64,000 nucleotides of DNA from Thermodesulfobacteriota bacterium (GCA_034189385.1 JAXHVD010000008.1:64001-128000), one strand, 5' to 3'; positions 49,199 to 60,049 are shown, counted from the stretch's first letter. Made by a program: numbers and translations. Notes: generated by a model from the sequence alone, not told the origin.

Positions 49199-50620
49199 AT
49201 GATCGATCTTGTGGTCATTGTGATATATTTTTCCGTCGTGCTCTTTGTGGGGTGGCGAAGCAGAGGCCAATCAGCGGACTCTTACTGGGTAGCGGAGCGC
49301 AAATACGATACGGGCAGGGTCACGGCCTCCTTGGTGGCAACTATCTTTGGGGCATCTTCTACCTTGGGTATCATTGGCCTGGGCTATTCACGGGGTCTAA
49401 CCGGTGCCTGGTGGTCCTTGATCGGAGGCATGGCCCTGGTGCCTTTTGCCTTGCTTTTGGCAGGACGCGTTCGAACCCTCAATGTCTATACCCTTCCTGA
49501 CATCCTGAAAAGGGCCTATGGCGTGAAGGTGGCAGTGGCGGCAGGCATCATGATTGCCACTGCCTGGTGCGGCATTATCGCAGCGCAACTCATTGCAGGG
49601 GCAAGGCTGTTGAGTGGCGTTTTTTCTCTTGATTTCCAGCTAGGCTTGGCCATTATCGCCGTGGTCTTTGTCATGTATACCTTTTGGGGGGGGCAGCTTT
49701 CGGTCGTCAGGACCGACTCCTGGCAACTCGTCCTTTTTGTGGGAGGCCTTTTGGTGTCCCTTGGTTTTCTCCTTTGGTCTCAGGGCGGTGGCGCTTCTTT
49801 ATGGGAAAACGTTCCCACAGAGCACCTCCGCTTCCCGGTCTCCGCTCGTTTTGGCTGGTATGAGGTGGTGGTCTTTTATCCCCTTGTTGTGGGGCTTCCT
49901 TACCTGGTGGGGCCGGATATCTATACCCGGGTGCTGTGCGCAAAAAACAATGGAGTGGCCAAAAGGTCTGCCTTGCTTGCGGCCGCAGGGGTCATTCCCC
50001 TTTCTTTCCTCTTGGCCTTATTTGGACTTCTAGCCCTTTCCAGGTTTCCAGGCATTATCCCTGAGGCGGCACTGCCAAAGACCCTGAGCGTCCTCGTACC
50101 GGTGGGACTCAAGGGGGTGATTGTGGCCGGATTCCTGGGAGCCGTGATGTCCTCTGCCGACACCTGTCTCATTTCTGCTTCCACCATCCTTTGCCTGAAT
50201 GTGGTGGGTCCGATCTGGCAGATTTCGAAGGACCAGCATCTGAAATGCACCAGAGCGGTGCTCGTGGCGGTGGGCGGTGCTGCGTGGCTCATTGCCAGTC
50301 AGGAGCAAGGGATCATTTCTTCGCTCCTTTTGGGATATACGGTCTTTGTGGGTGGCGTTGTGATTCCCACCTTGGCAAGCTTTTGCAGACACACCATAAA
50401 GGTGACACCGGGTGGGGCATTCTGGGCCATGGCCGTGGGAGGCGGCACAGCCATACTGGGAAAGATCCAAGGCGGCGCTGCCATGAAGGCCATCCTTTCC
50501 CATGGCGGAGACGCCTTCCTTCAGGCCGCCCTGGGTCCTCAATATCTGAGCATCCTGCCGATTATTCTGTCTCTGGTGATCATGGTGGCGGTGAGCCGGA
50601 TCGGACATTCAAGAGGCTGA
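49199..50620 (+). CDS. Sodium:solute symporter family protein
   Basis: SLVAT, YTLPD, YTFWGG--SV--TD, AVMSSADT; 12-13 TM helices. Confidence 0.9.
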   Translation: MIDLVVIVIYFSVVLFVGWRSRGQSADSYWVAERKYDTGRVTASLVATIFGASSTLGIIGLGYSRGLTGAWWSLIGGMALVPFALLLAGRVRTLNVYTLPDILKRAYGVKVAVAAGIMIATAWCGIIAAQLIAGARLLSGVFSLDFQLGLAIIAVVFVMYTFWGGQLSVVRTDSWQLVLFVGGLLVSLGFLLWSQGGGASLWENVPTEHLRFPVSARFGWYEVVVFYPLVVGLPYLVGPDIYTRVLCAKNNGVAKRSALLAAAGVIPLSFLLALFGLLALSRFPGIIPEAALPKTLSVLVPVGLKGVIVAGFLGAVMSSADTCLISASTILCLNVVGPIWQISKDQHLKCTRAVLVAVGGAAWLIASQEQGIISSLLLGYTVFVGGVVIPTLASFCRHTIKVTPGGAFWAMAVGGGTAILGKIQGGAAMKAILSHGGDAFLQAALGPQYLSILPIILSLVIMVAVSRIGHSRG

Positions 50621-53479
50621 AACGAGTTTCTGAACGGCTTCCAGCAGCTCTTTTTGGTCCAAAGGCTTGGCCAGGGCGTAGTGTGCCCCAGTCTGTTTGG
50701 CCAGGCTAAGATACTCGTCCGCCGGCCGACGCCCCCCTCCGGAGATGGCAATGATGTTGACTTCTGGAAAGTCCCTGCAAAGCTCGCTAATGGTTTCAAT
50801 GCCTTCCTTTTCCGGCATGATGATATCTGTGATAATCACGTCGCAAGGTTCTTCCCGAAAGAGTCTGATCCCCTGCTTGCCGTCAGCGGCATCTATCACC
50901 GCGTATCCAGCCCCCTCCAAGAGTTGGCGCAGCATTGCTCGGACTTGAAAATCATCATCGATGACAAGAATGCGTGCCGTAGGGTGCTCTGCCTTTTTGT
51001 CTCGCGAATCCAACACCTGACGGATGGCCTTGGCAATATCTCGCCTTAGAACAGGCTTATAGACAAAGGCCCGAATGCCCATGGCCATTGACCGTTTCTT
51101 GTTGATCCTTGCGCTGAATCCCGTACAGAGAATAACCGGAATATCCGGCCGTATTCGCATCAGTTCTGCGGCCAAATCTTCACCCGTCACATTCGGCATG
51201 GTCATGTCGGTGATGACAAGATCGAATATGTCTGGCTGTGCTTTAAACAACTCCAACGCCTCGATCCCATCGGTTTTGGTTGTCACCTCATAGCCTAATG
51301 ATTCAAGCATCTGTTTTTCTATATTTACCAAAACCTGCTCGTCATCAATGAAAAGGATGTGTTCTGTGCCTTTAGGGACAGGTTCATCGGGCCCGATCTC
51401 CGCTTCTGCTTCCCTTTCGATGACCGGTAAATATACATTAAAGGTAGAGCCTTTTTCTGGCTCGCTGTGGGCAGTGATGGTACCGTCACAACTCTTTACA
51501 ATCCCATGGACAAGCGAAAGCCCCAGGCCAGTGCCTTCGCCTGGTTCTTTTGTTGAAAAATAGGGGTCAAAGATCTTCCCTAGCACATCAGGTGCCATGC
51601 CGTGTCCTGTGTCGCTCACAGTCAGCCTCACGTAAGGTCCAGGCATGATGCCCGGATGCTGGGCCGTGAAGTCCGAGTCAAGTGCTACATCAACCAGGCT
51701 CACATCCAGTGTGCCACCCTTTTCGTCCATGGCTTGACCGGCATTGGCGCAAAGGTTCATTAACACTTGATGTAGTTGAGTCGGATCTGCGAGGACCGCA
51801 GAATCAGTCTGGATGTCTTCGTGCATCCCAATGGTTGTGGGAAGGGATGCCCTCAACAACTTGAGGGCCTCTTTTACAATGAGTCCCACCTTAACGGGGC
51901 TTGATTTATGTTCAGCTTGGCGGCTGAAGGCAAGGATCTGCCGCACCAAGTCTTTGGCGCGATTTCCGGCAACGAGGATCTCCTTCAGGTTCTCATGTAG
52001 CGAAGATCCCTCTTCAGCCTCGTCTAAGGACAGTTCTGTATAGCCGATCAAGGCAGCCAGGATATTGTTGAAATCATGGGCAATGCCCCCTGCCAGGGTG
52101 CCGATAGCCTCCATTTTCTGTGCCTGCTGGAGCTGCGCTACGAGTTTTTCCCGTTCTTCATCTGCCCGCTTGCGATCTGAGATATCGCGCATGGTGGCCA
52201 GAAGAAGAGGCTTGCTAGCCACAGTAATGGATTTCAGTGAATTTCTTGTATCAATAAGCTTTCCGTCTTTCCGTTTGTGTTTCCAATAAAAAAACTGCGG
52301 ATTGCCTGCAAGGGCTACTTCAATGTAATTGCGGGCTGCTTCACTCGAGCGCCTTCCATCTGGTTGAAAGGCTGGTGAAAACTCAACAGGAGAATGCCCA
52401 ATGATATCCTCGCGATCGCAAGCCCAGATTCGGCAAGCCTGTTCGTTGCAGTCCTCAAAAACATCTGTCATGAGGAAGAAGCCTTCAGTTGAGCTCTCGA
52501 AGAGGGTTCGATATTTTTGCTCGCTCTCGCGCAGCGCCTCCTCGGTCCGCTTGCGCCCGGTGATATTCTTTACATGTTCAATAACGCCTACTACATTATC
52601 ATTCTCATCCCTGAGTGGATGAGCTGAAAGCTCAGCCCAGCAGAAAGAGCCATCATCAGCGGGGATTCGGACATCTTCCACATGAGTATTTCCTGTTGAT
52701 AAAGCCTTGACAGACGGGCACCAAGGACAAATGCTCTCTCTCTTTTGATACACTTGATAGCATTTCTTGCCGACCAGAGGCATCTCTTCATGATGCATGG
52801 TCTCCATCCAATTGTTGACCCGAGTGATGGTGAGGTTTCGATCCAGGACACTGATGCCGTCCCGAATCCCATCAAAAACATCCTGAAGAAACTTTTTACT
52901 CTCCTGCAACGCGTCGGTTTTCTCACGGCTTCGGACCTCGGTCAGCCCCTGCTCGGCGAGCATGACGGCCATCTCGCTCAAGAAGCTCAGCCCTTGCCTG
53001 AATGCCTCTTTCGTCACGACAGGAACCTTCTGGAGTGCTTCGAGATAGGAGTTCACGTCGTAGCCATAGGCTTGAGCCTGTCTCACGAAGAAGTCCATGT
53101 CAGGTTCTTTGAAGAGCACCTGTCCTGTGAACAGGCTGGCTACATGGACGCCTTTGATAGTAATCGGGGCCGCCCCGTGCACCAGCCCGCTCTCACAGTG
53201 GCCAATGTTGAGCGCCTCTTGTTCCTTCAGATGTGATGTGAGTTCCAAGTTACTTTTCTTGCATTGGACCTCTGAGGCAGGAAAAGCGCGGTGGAACTTG
53301 GTGCAGATATCCCGCCAGCCCGTGCCGATGAGTAGCTCCTGATGGGGATAGGAGCAGAGCCCTGTGGCAAACCCAGTAGCCTGAGAGAAGCCTTCGAATA
53401 ATTCGTGCAGCTGTTCTATATCGATTAGATCCTGAAACGAGTATTTTCCGTCAACCAAGTATTTATGTTCTGGATTCAT
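50609..53479 (-). CDS. Cytoplasmic hybrid histidine kinase: PocR, two PAS, HisKA/HATPase, two receivers
   Basis: N-terminal ICTKFHR / HCESGL; AHDFNN; GTGLGL; two DLVITD/DVIITD receiver domains. Confidence 0.92.
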   Translation of the reverse strand: MNPEHKYLVDGKYSFQDLIDIEQLHELFEGFSQATGFATGLCSYPHQELLIGTGWRDICTKFHRAFPASEVQCKKSNLELTSHLKEQEALNIGHCESGLVHGAAPITIKGVHVASLFTGQVLFKEPDMDFFVRQAQAYGYDVNSYLEALQKVPVVTKEAFRQGLSFLSEMAVMLAEQGLTEVRSREKTDALQESKKFLQDVFDGIRDGISVLDRNLTITRVNNWMETMHHEEMPLVGKKCYQVYQKRESICPWCPSVKALSTGNTHVEDVRIPADDGSFCWAELSAHPLRDENDNVVGVIEHVKNITGRKRTEEALRESEQKYRTLFESSTEGFFLMTDVFEDCNEQACRIWACDREDIIGHSPVEFSPAFQPDGRRSSEAARNYIEVALAGNPQFFYWKHKRKDGKLIDTRNSLKSITVASKPLLLATMRDISDRKRADEEREKLVAQLQQAQKMEAIGTLAGGIAHDFNNILAALIGYTELSLDEAEEGSSLHENLKEILVAGNRAKDLVRQILAFSRQAEHKSSPVKVGLIVKEALKLLRASLPTTIGMHEDIQTDSAVLADPTQLHQVLMNLCANAGQAMDEKGGTLDVSLVDVALDSDFTAQHPGIMPGPYVRLTVSDTGHGMAPDVLGKIFDPYFSTKEPGEGTGLGLSLVHGIVKSCDGTITAHSEPEKGSTFNVYLPVIEREAEAEIGPDEPVPKGTEHILFIDDEQVLVNIEKQMLESLGYEVTTKTDGIEALELFKAQPDIFDLVITDMTMPNVTGEDLAAELMRIRPDIPVILCTGFSARINKKRSMAMGIRAFVYKPVLRRDIAKAIRQVLDSRDKKAEHPTARILVIDDDFQVRAMLRQLLEGAGYAVIDAADGKQGIRLFREEPCDVIITDIIMPEKEGIETISELCRDFPEVNIIAISGGGRRPADEYLSLAKQTGAHYALAKPLDQKELLEAVQKLVSAS

Positions 53480-53852
53480 GTCCAAGCTTCGATTGCACAG
53501 GCAACGGCACGGCCCCACGGCCCGATCTTCATTTTAGTGTCCAGCTGCACGACCTGGGCGATGGTTTTATAAGTTCCAGGTTATGGTCTGTGGGCTTGCC
53601 GGTTTCGTCAAGAGGGTAAGGTAGAAACAAATAAAGCCCCACGCACGCTCACCATCAATACGATGCATGAAGCCTTAGGGTATCCCATAAGGTGCTTCCC
53701 TGACGGTTGGCTATTCTTTCAACTTCTATGTCCCCATCTAAGGTCTCAATCTTATTATATCAGTCCACGTGACGCTGTCAAGGAAGGGGACAGTCACAGC
53801 AGCAGCAAACTCAAACCAGGAGGCACTCTGTATCCCAAGGGTTCCGCTTTAA

Positions 53853-54629
53853 TTACTTTGCTTTCCAGATGGGTTTTCTCTTTTCCAGAAAGGCAGTGAG
53901 GCCTTCTTGGGCGTCTTCTGCAAAGAGGTTGGCCACCATTTCCTGCTTTGCATAGTCGTATGCCTGGGTGTCGGCCAGATGGACCTGGGTGTAAAAGGCC
54001 TCCTTGCCCATGCGCACCGTAAGGGGGCTGGCCTGGGCAATCGTCTCGGCCAGGGCTCTTGTCACTTTTTCAAGTTCTTCTGCCGGAACCACTTTGTTTA
54101 TGAGCCCATATTGTGCTGCCTCTTCGGCCGAGATCATACGCCCGGTGAGAAGCATCTCTAGTGCCCGCTTTCTTCCAATGGCCCTGACCAGGGGAACCCC
54201 TGGTGTGGTGCAAAAGAGCCCGATCTTCACCCCTGGTGTCCCAAAAAGCGCACCCTCTTCTGCCACGGCCAAGTCGCAGGCAGCCACAAGCTGACAGCCC
54301 GCTGCCGTAGCAACCCCGTGGACCTGGGCGATCACCGGCTGGGGGAGGCGCTGGATCTTCTTCATGACGATAATGCAGGTGTGAAAAATTGCTTGGAAGT
54401 AAGTCATGTCACGACCTACCAGTTGGGAGATGTCGTGGCCGGCACAAAAGACCTTTCCCTCACCCCTCACGATGACAGTCCTCACATCTTTGTTCTCACC
54501 TGTAGCTGTGAGTAATGTATTTAACTCCTCGAGGAGTTCCAGAGAAAGAGCGTTTCTTTTTTCCGGGCGGTTGAGCGTGATGGTTCCGATGGCCCCTTTC
54601 AAATCAAATTTCAGATACTTGTAATCCAT
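53853..54629 (-). CDS. Enoyl-CoA hydratase/isomerase family protein
   Basis: LNRPEKRNAL, FCAGHD, ATAAGCQL, AFLEKRKP. The longer ORF start lies inside a repeat element. Confidence 0.92.
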   Translation of the reverse strand: MDYKYLKFDLKGAIGTITLNRPEKRNALSLELLEELNTLLTATGENKDVRTVIVRGEGKVFCAGHDISQLVGRDMTYFQAIFHTCIIVMKKIQRLPQPVIAQVHGVATAAGCQLVAACDLAVAEEGALFGTPGVKIGLFCTTPGVPLVRAIGRKRALEMLLTGRMISAEEAAQYGLINKVVPAEELEKVTRALAETIAQASPLTVRMGKEAFYTQVHLADTQAYDYAKQEMVANLFAEDAQEGLTAFLEKRKPIWKAK

Positions 54630-54643
54630 GCTCTCTCCCTTCT

Positions 54644-54719
54644 TTGAACCCTCCCCGCAGCGAGCTACGGGGGCTGCGGTAGCTCTCCTGTGGAGAATGC
54701 GCTCGCTTATTCGGTTCAA
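54644..54719 (-). mobile_element. TTGAACC palindromic element, copy 3
   Basis: Reverse complement of the 22064-22139 element; supplies the glgX TGA stop. Confidence 0.85.
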
Positions 54720-56818
54720 GGTTCTTTGGATATGAACACTACAGCAGTGGCAGGAGGCACCCGATACTTTCCTGCAATGGAAACTGGCTCCGCCTTGTCT
54801 TCGTCCAGGATGTCTTCAGGCGATTCCTTGCTGGTATCTATGACACGACACCACCGCTGGCCTATTGGGGGCGTTGGTATCTCAAAGTCGTGTTTCACCT
54901 CATCTCCATTTATGATAACAAAGAAATCATCGTCCATTTCCCCTTCGTCCACTTCTTTCCCATCAAGGGCAAAGGCAAGGACCCTGGCATCTTGAGACCA
55001 GTCTGGGCTGTTGACCTCAAGGCCGTGCCAGCCAAGATCAGGGTAATCATTTCCGTTTTCGTCCCGTCCCGTCAAGAATGAAGACCTGCGAAATACGGGA
55101 TGGACCTTTCTCAAGTGGATCATGTGGCGAAAAAACCTGAGTAGGCCGGCGTTTTTTTCTGTCATGTTCCAGTTGACCCAACTGATATCATTGTCCTGGC
55201 AATAGGGATTGTTGTTGCCGTGCTGGGTGCGACCGAACTCATCTCCGGCCAATACCATGGGAACCCCTTGTGAGACCATGAGGATGGTAAAAGCGGTCTT
55301 CATCCGCCGGCGTCTCAGGTCATTTGTCTCGGCATCCTCTGCGGGCCCCTCAACACCACTGTTTGAGCTAAAGCTGTCATTGCTACCGTCTTTGTTATCT
55401 TCACCGTTATCTTCATTGTGCTTCTCTTTGTATGAAAACAGGTCATAGAGGGTGAAGCCATCGTGGCAGGTGACGTAGTTGATGCTATTATAGGGGCGCC
55501 TGCCAGTTGATTGGTAAAGGTCTGAGCTTCCTGCGATGCGGGTTCCAAGGGCCTGCACCATGCCTCTGTCTCCCCGCAAGAAGCGCCTGATGTCATCTCT
55601 ATAACAGGAGTTCCACTCGGCCCACCGTCCCGGAAACTCTCCCACCTGCTTGATGCCCAGGTCCCAGGCCTCTGCAATGATCTTAGTGTGAGCAAGGACT
55701 GGGTCCTGTTCTATGGTGTCAATGAGTGAAGGACCGGAAAGAAGGCTCCCCTTGTGATCCCTACCCAGGATGGATGCCAAGTCAAAACGAAACCCATCCA
55801 CGTGCATCTCCGTGACCCAGTATCGCAGGCAATCCAGGATAAAGATCTGCACCACCGGATGGTTGCAGCTTACTGTGTTGCCGCACCCTGAAATATTCGC
55901 ATACTCTTTTGACTCAGGATCCAGGGCATAATAGATGACATTGTCCAACCCCCTGAAGCTGATGACCGGTCCTTTGGCGTCCATTTCTGCCGTGTGGTTA
56001 AAGACCACGTCCAAAATAACCTCGAGGCCTGCTTTGTGAAAGGCCTTGACCATCTTCTTGAATTCTCTCACCTGATTGCCGTTCCAGCCGTTTGATGCAT
56101 AGGATGCCTTAGGCGCAAAAAAGGCCATGGTACTATAGCCCCAGAAGTTTTTCAGCCCTTCTCCGGTTCTGGGGTTGATACGCTTATTCTCCAATTCATT
56201 GAATTCAAAAACAGGAAGCAATTCTACGGCTGTGACCCCCAGGGATTTGATGTGTGGGATCTTCTCAATCAGTCCTTTGTAGGTACCAGGGCTTGTGACT
56301 TGCGAAGATTCATGGACCGTATATCCACGGACATGGAGTTCATAGATGATGCTGTCTTTAATGGGCACAGTAAGAGGCCTGTCACCCTCCCAGTCGAAAT
56401 CGTCTGCTATGATACAACAGCAACGGCCATGAACCTCCTTTCCCCAGACCGCTCCTCCCTCCAATGCCCGGGCATAGGGGTCCAGGAGGATATTGTCTTC
56501 ACTGTACCAGTGGCCCTTTCCTTTTGGGTCATAGGGGCCCTTGGCACGATAGGCATAGCGCAGGGATGTATCCATGGCACCGAGGAGAACGTGCCATATG
56601 TCTCCGGTCCTGTTGATCTTGGGATCAAGGACGATTTCAGCAGCCGGTGTAGGGGAGGCCTTTTCAAAAAGGAGAAGGGAAAGGGATGTGGCATGTCGAG
56701 AGAAGATGGAAAAGTTTACTCCCTCCGGCGTGATAGTAGCGCCCAGCGGAAGAGGCTTTCCAGGTTTCAAGTCAAAGGCTTTCAAATCCCTACAAGGCTC
56801 CCTATCCTTTTCGACCAA
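54716..56818 (-). CDS. glgX: Glycogen debranching enzyme
   Basis: YELHV, WGY, DVVFNH, DGFRFDLA, AEAWD, HDGFTL, GNNN. Confidence 0.95.
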   Translation of the reverse strand: MVEKDREPCRDLKAFDLKPGKPLPLGATITPEGVNFSIFSRHATSLSLLLFEKASPTPAAEIVLDPKINRTGDIWHVLLGAMDTSLRYAYRAKGPYDPKGKGHWYSEDNILLDPYARALEGGAVWGKEVHGRCCCIIADDFDWEGDRPLTVPIKDSIIYELHVRGYTVHESSQVTSPGTYKGLIEKIPHIKSLGVTAVELLPVFEFNELENKRINPRTGEGLKNFWGYSTMAFFAPKASYASNGWNGNQVREFKKMVKAFHKAGLEVILDVVFNHTAEMDAKGPVISFRGLDNVIYYALDPESKEYANISGCGNTVSCNHPVVQIFILDCLRYWVTEMHVDGFRFDLASILGRDHKGSLLSGPSLIDTIEQDPVLAHTKIIAEAWDLGIKQVGEFPGRWAEWNSCYRDDIRRFLRGDRGMVQALGTRIAGSSDLYQSTGRRPYNSINYVTCHDGFTLYDLFSYKEKHNEDNGEDNKDGSNDSFSSNSGVEGPAEDAETNDLRRRRMKTAFTILMVSQGVPMVLAGDEFGRTQHGNNNPYCQDNDISWVNWNMTEKNAGLLRFFRHMIHLRKVHPVFRRSSFLTGRDENGNDYPDLGWHGLEVNSPDWSQDARVLAFALDGKEVDEGEMDDDFFVIINGDEVKHDFEIPTPPIGQRWCRVIDTSKESPEDILDEDKAEPVSIAGKYRVPPATAVVFISKEP

Positions 56819-59800
56819 ATGCCTTCTTTAAGGAAGTAAAGGCATCCAGGACCAGGCTCAAAAGGGCCGGTACGAGAAAGACCGTGAAGATAGTAGAAAT
56901 CAGAAGCCCCCCCACGACGACGCTTCCGAGGCCTCGATAAAACTCCGATCCTGCCCCTGGAGTAAGGACCAAAGGCATCATCCCGAATACGCTGGTCACG
57001 GAACTCATGTAGATGGGACGGATACGGGACCGGACCGATTCCCTAATCGCTTCCCGAGGGGCCATGTTGCTGTCCCTCATGTTGTTGAGGGCCTGGTGGA
57101 CGATAAGGATGGCGTTGTTGACAACGATGCCCACAAGGATCACAAACCCCAGCATGGTGACGATATCTAAGGCCTGATAGGTAATGAAGAGATTCACCAG
57201 AAGCAGGCCTATGAACCCCCCGGCCGCGGCCAGAGGCACGCTGAACATGATCACGAGTGGATAGAAGAAGTTTTCAAAAAGGGCAGACATCAAAAGGTAG
57301 CTGATGACAAGGGCCAAGATGATGTTCCACTGAAGGGCTTTCCTGGTCCGCGTGAGATCGTCGGCTGTCCCGCTCAGGTCGATTCGGTACAACGAACCGA
57401 GACTACTACTTGCTCTGAGGGGTTCTACGATCTTGTTTCGAACGGTGTCCATGGCCGTCTCAAGAGGGACTTCTGCCGGTGGGATGACCTGAATGGTGAT
57501 GGCCCGTTCTGAACCGATATGGTTGATCTGCGTGGGTCCTTCTTCCAAACGGATGTCGGCTACCGATCCGAGGGTGACCCTCTCCCCCTTTGGTGTCTGT
57601 ATAAGAAGACCGGCTAGATCCTGGGTCCGTTCGAGCCTTGTCTCTTCTCCCTTTACGACCAACTCAATCTCGTCACCAAGGAGGCGATAGTCACTGGTGA
57701 TAGCCCCGTCCACGAGGGCATCCACTGTTTTCCCAAGGTCCTCAGTGGTCATTTCCAGTCTGGTGAGTCGATCCCGGTTCGGGATGACACGCATTTCCGG
57801 GTTGCCCAAATCAAGGCTGGGGATGGGCCGTATCTGTGCTCCGGGAATCAGTCGGGCCGCTTGGCCAAAGATCTGTCGCCCCAAATCGATGAGTCTTTCC
57901 AAGTCAGGCCCCTTGATCTCTATCTCAATGGATCTCCCCTCGCCAATGCCGCTCTCAAAAAGGCTTGGCTGCTGGACAATAGCGATCATGCCCGGGATCT
58001 TTCCCAAGACTTTGTAAATGTAAGGAAGTAATTCTCGAGTCCTTTCCTGGATTTTCGAGACGATCCCCATAAACACCTGTTGTCCCCAGGCCACATAGAA
58101 AAAATTCTTTACAGGGGGAAGTTTCAGCTCCTTGGCCGCGGCACTCTCCTGGTCGTGTTCAATGAGGGGCAAGACGTCTGCTTCAACGGTCTCTGCAATG
58201 TCCTGGAGTTCTTCCAGGTTGTATCCAGGCGGGGGGAGAAGGATGCCGAAGAGGATTTCCCGATTTCCTTCGGGAAGATACTCTGTCTTTGGCATGAGAA
58301 ACCAGGCCATCCCAACGGCCAGGCCGGTCATGACAAGGACTACTGCAAACCTTGCTGAAATGCGGCCGCATGTCCAGTATATGAATCTCGCAATGGCATC
58401 GGTCAATGCCGATGCCAGGCCATAGACAGACCAGGTGGGTCTGCGCGACCTTTCAGGGGCCTTTACCCTGCCAAGGATCTTAGAAGAAAGGCTTGGGATG
58501 ACCGTCATAGACACGAGGAGACTGAGCCCTACGGCGCTGCTAATGGCAATGGCAATGTCTCTAAACAGTTGCCCTGCCTCTTCCTGGACAAAGAGAATAG
58601 GAACAAACACCGCTATGGTGGTAAGGGTACTGGCCAGCACGGCCCCCCAGACCTCTACCGTGCCGTCGTAAGCGGCCTGAATGCGTGTTTTTCCCATCTC
58701 ACGATGTCGAAAGATATTTTCAAATACGACGATGGAATTGTCTACCACCATACCGATAGCAAAACTCATCCCCGCCAGGCTCACGACGTTGATATTGCGC
58801 CCAAAGAGGGTCATGAGGAGGAAGGTCCCCACGATACTGATGGGAATAGCTAGTGACACAATCAGGGTGCTCGTCACATTGCGAAGAAAGATCAGCAGTA
58901 CGATAATAGCCAATGTCCCGCCGATAAAAATATTTTGTTTCACCAGGGCGATGGCGCTGTAGATATAGCTGGTCTCATCATAGACCCGTTCGAGCTTGAG
59001 TCCCCGGTTTTTGAGGATACCGTTGTTGAGCTCTTCTAAGGCCTCGGTGAGTTTCTTCATGACCACCAGAACGTTGGAGCCTGTCTCTCGAACAGCGTTC
59101 ATGACAATGGTGGGAATCCCTTCATGACGGACCACGAGCTCGATGTCCTCGTGGCCAAGGGAGACCCGGGCAATGTCGCCAACCTTGATGGGCACGCCGT
59201 TGATCCGTTTGACAATGACTTGGGCAACGTCTTCTGGGCTCTCATACTCCCCAACGGTCCGCGCAATGTATCTGCGTTTTCCCTCGTCAAAGTCACCGGC
59301 ACTGATGTTTTTGTTCTCTACGTCCAAGGCCCGCATGAGCTCAGGGATAGTAATGTGTCGCGCCGCCATGGCATCTGAATCAACGATGACCTGAAGCTCT
59401 CGCTCCTGTCCGCCATATATATTGGAAGACGCCACGCCAGAGATCCTTTCCAGGCGCGGTTTTACGTAGTCATCGCAGAAATCATATTCATGGCTCAAGA
59501 CGCCGGTGTATCCCTCACGGGCCCCTAGAATCATCCAGGCAATAGCCTTTTCCCGTCGGCCTCCTGACTTGATGATTGGCTTTTCCATGTCGTCGGGGTA
59601 TTCTTTCACCTGGTCCAGGTTGTTAGAAACCTTCAGGAGGGCCGAATCCGTGTCTGTGCCTACCTCGAAGAGGAGATTGATGTACGCCTTGCCATCAAGG
59701 CTCTCACTCTTCATCTTGTCTAGGCCTTCAACGTTTTTGAGCTCGTCTTCCTGCACGTCCACGATCTCCCGTTCTACCTCCAAAGGACTAGCCCCTCGCC

Positions 59801-59951
59801 AGACAGTCTCAACGGAGATCTCCGGCTTGTCCACGTTAGGCGTAAGCTGAATGGGGATTCTAAACAGGGAGATGAGGCCAAAGAGGACCAGGAGAATCAC
59901 CCCCACCGTGACGGTGACAGGTTTTTTTATTGAGATGTCAACAAGTTTCAT
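56802..59951 (-). CDS. RND efflux permease (AcrB/AcrD/AcrF family)
   Basis: GMVVDNSIVVFENI, VNNAIL, RIRPIYM; 1049 aa. Confidence 0.95.
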   Translation of the reverse strand: MKLVDISIKKPVTVTVGVILLVLFGLISLFRIPIQLTPNVDKPEISVETVWRGASPLEVEREIVDVQEDELKNVEGLDKMKSESLDGKAYINLLFEVGTDTDSALLKVSNNLDQVKEYPDDMEKPIIKSGGRREKAIAWMILGAREGYTGVLSHEYDFCDDYVKPRLERISGVASSNIYGGQERELQVIVDSDAMAARHITIPELMRALDVENKNISAGDFDEGKRRYIARTVGEYESPEDVAQVIVKRINGVPIKVGDIARVSLGHEDIELVVRHEGIPTIVMNAVRETGSNVLVVMKKLTEALEELNNGILKNRGLKLERVYDETSYIYSAIALVKQNIFIGGTLAIIVLLIFLRNVTSTLIVSLAIPISIVGTFLLMTLFGRNINVVSLAGMSFAIGMVVDNSIVVFENIFRHREMGKTRIQAAYDGTVEVWGAVLASTLTTIAVFVPILFVQEEAGQLFRDIAIAISSAVGLSLLVSMTVIPSLSSKILGRVKAPERSRRPTWSVYGLASALTDAIARFIYWTCGRISARFAVVLVMTGLAVGMAWFLMPKTEYLPEGNREILFGILLPPPGYNLEELQDIAETVEADVLPLIEHDQESAAAKELKLPPVKNFFYVAWGQQVFMGIVSKIQERTRELLPYIYKVLGKIPGMIAIVQQPSLFESGIGEGRSIEIEIKGPDLERLIDLGRQIFGQAARLIPGAQIRPIPSLDLGNPEMRVIPNRDRLTRLEMTTEDLGKTVDALVDGAITSDYRLLGDEIELVVKGEETRLERTQDLAGLLIQTPKGERVTLGSVADIRLEEGPTQINHIGSERAITIQVIPPAEVPLETAMDTVRNKIVEPLRASSSLGSLYRIDLSGTADDLTRTRKALQWNIILALVISYLLMSALFENFFYPLVIMFSVPLAAAGGFIGLLLVNLFITYQALDIVTMLGFVILVGIVVNNAILIVHQALNNMRDSNMAPREAIRESVRSRIRPIYMSSVTSVFGMMPLVLTPGAGSEFYRGLGSVVVGGLLISTIFTVFLVPALLSLVLDAFTSLKKAFGRKG

Positions 59952-60047
59952 GGATAAGATTTTGTTCTTTTGCCACTAAGCCACTAAGACACAAAGGTTA
60001 CATGGGGTATATTCTGTTCCTTAGCCACAAAGACACGGAGGCACGAA
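59949..60047. repeat. Two imperfect 47 bp direct repeats, each containing a 9-nt-periodic arm
   Basis: 59949-59995 vs 60001-60047, 34 of 47 identical by hand count; arms gccactaagccactaagacacaaag and gccacaaagacacggaggcacgaa. Confidence 0.7.
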
Positions 60048-60049
60048 CA

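Noticed and set aside
54630..54719. N-terminal extension MNRISERILHRRATAAPVA on the enoyl-CoA hydratase ORF
   Set aside because: This is a translation of the 76 bp repeat; the real start is ATG 54629 with its own RBS.
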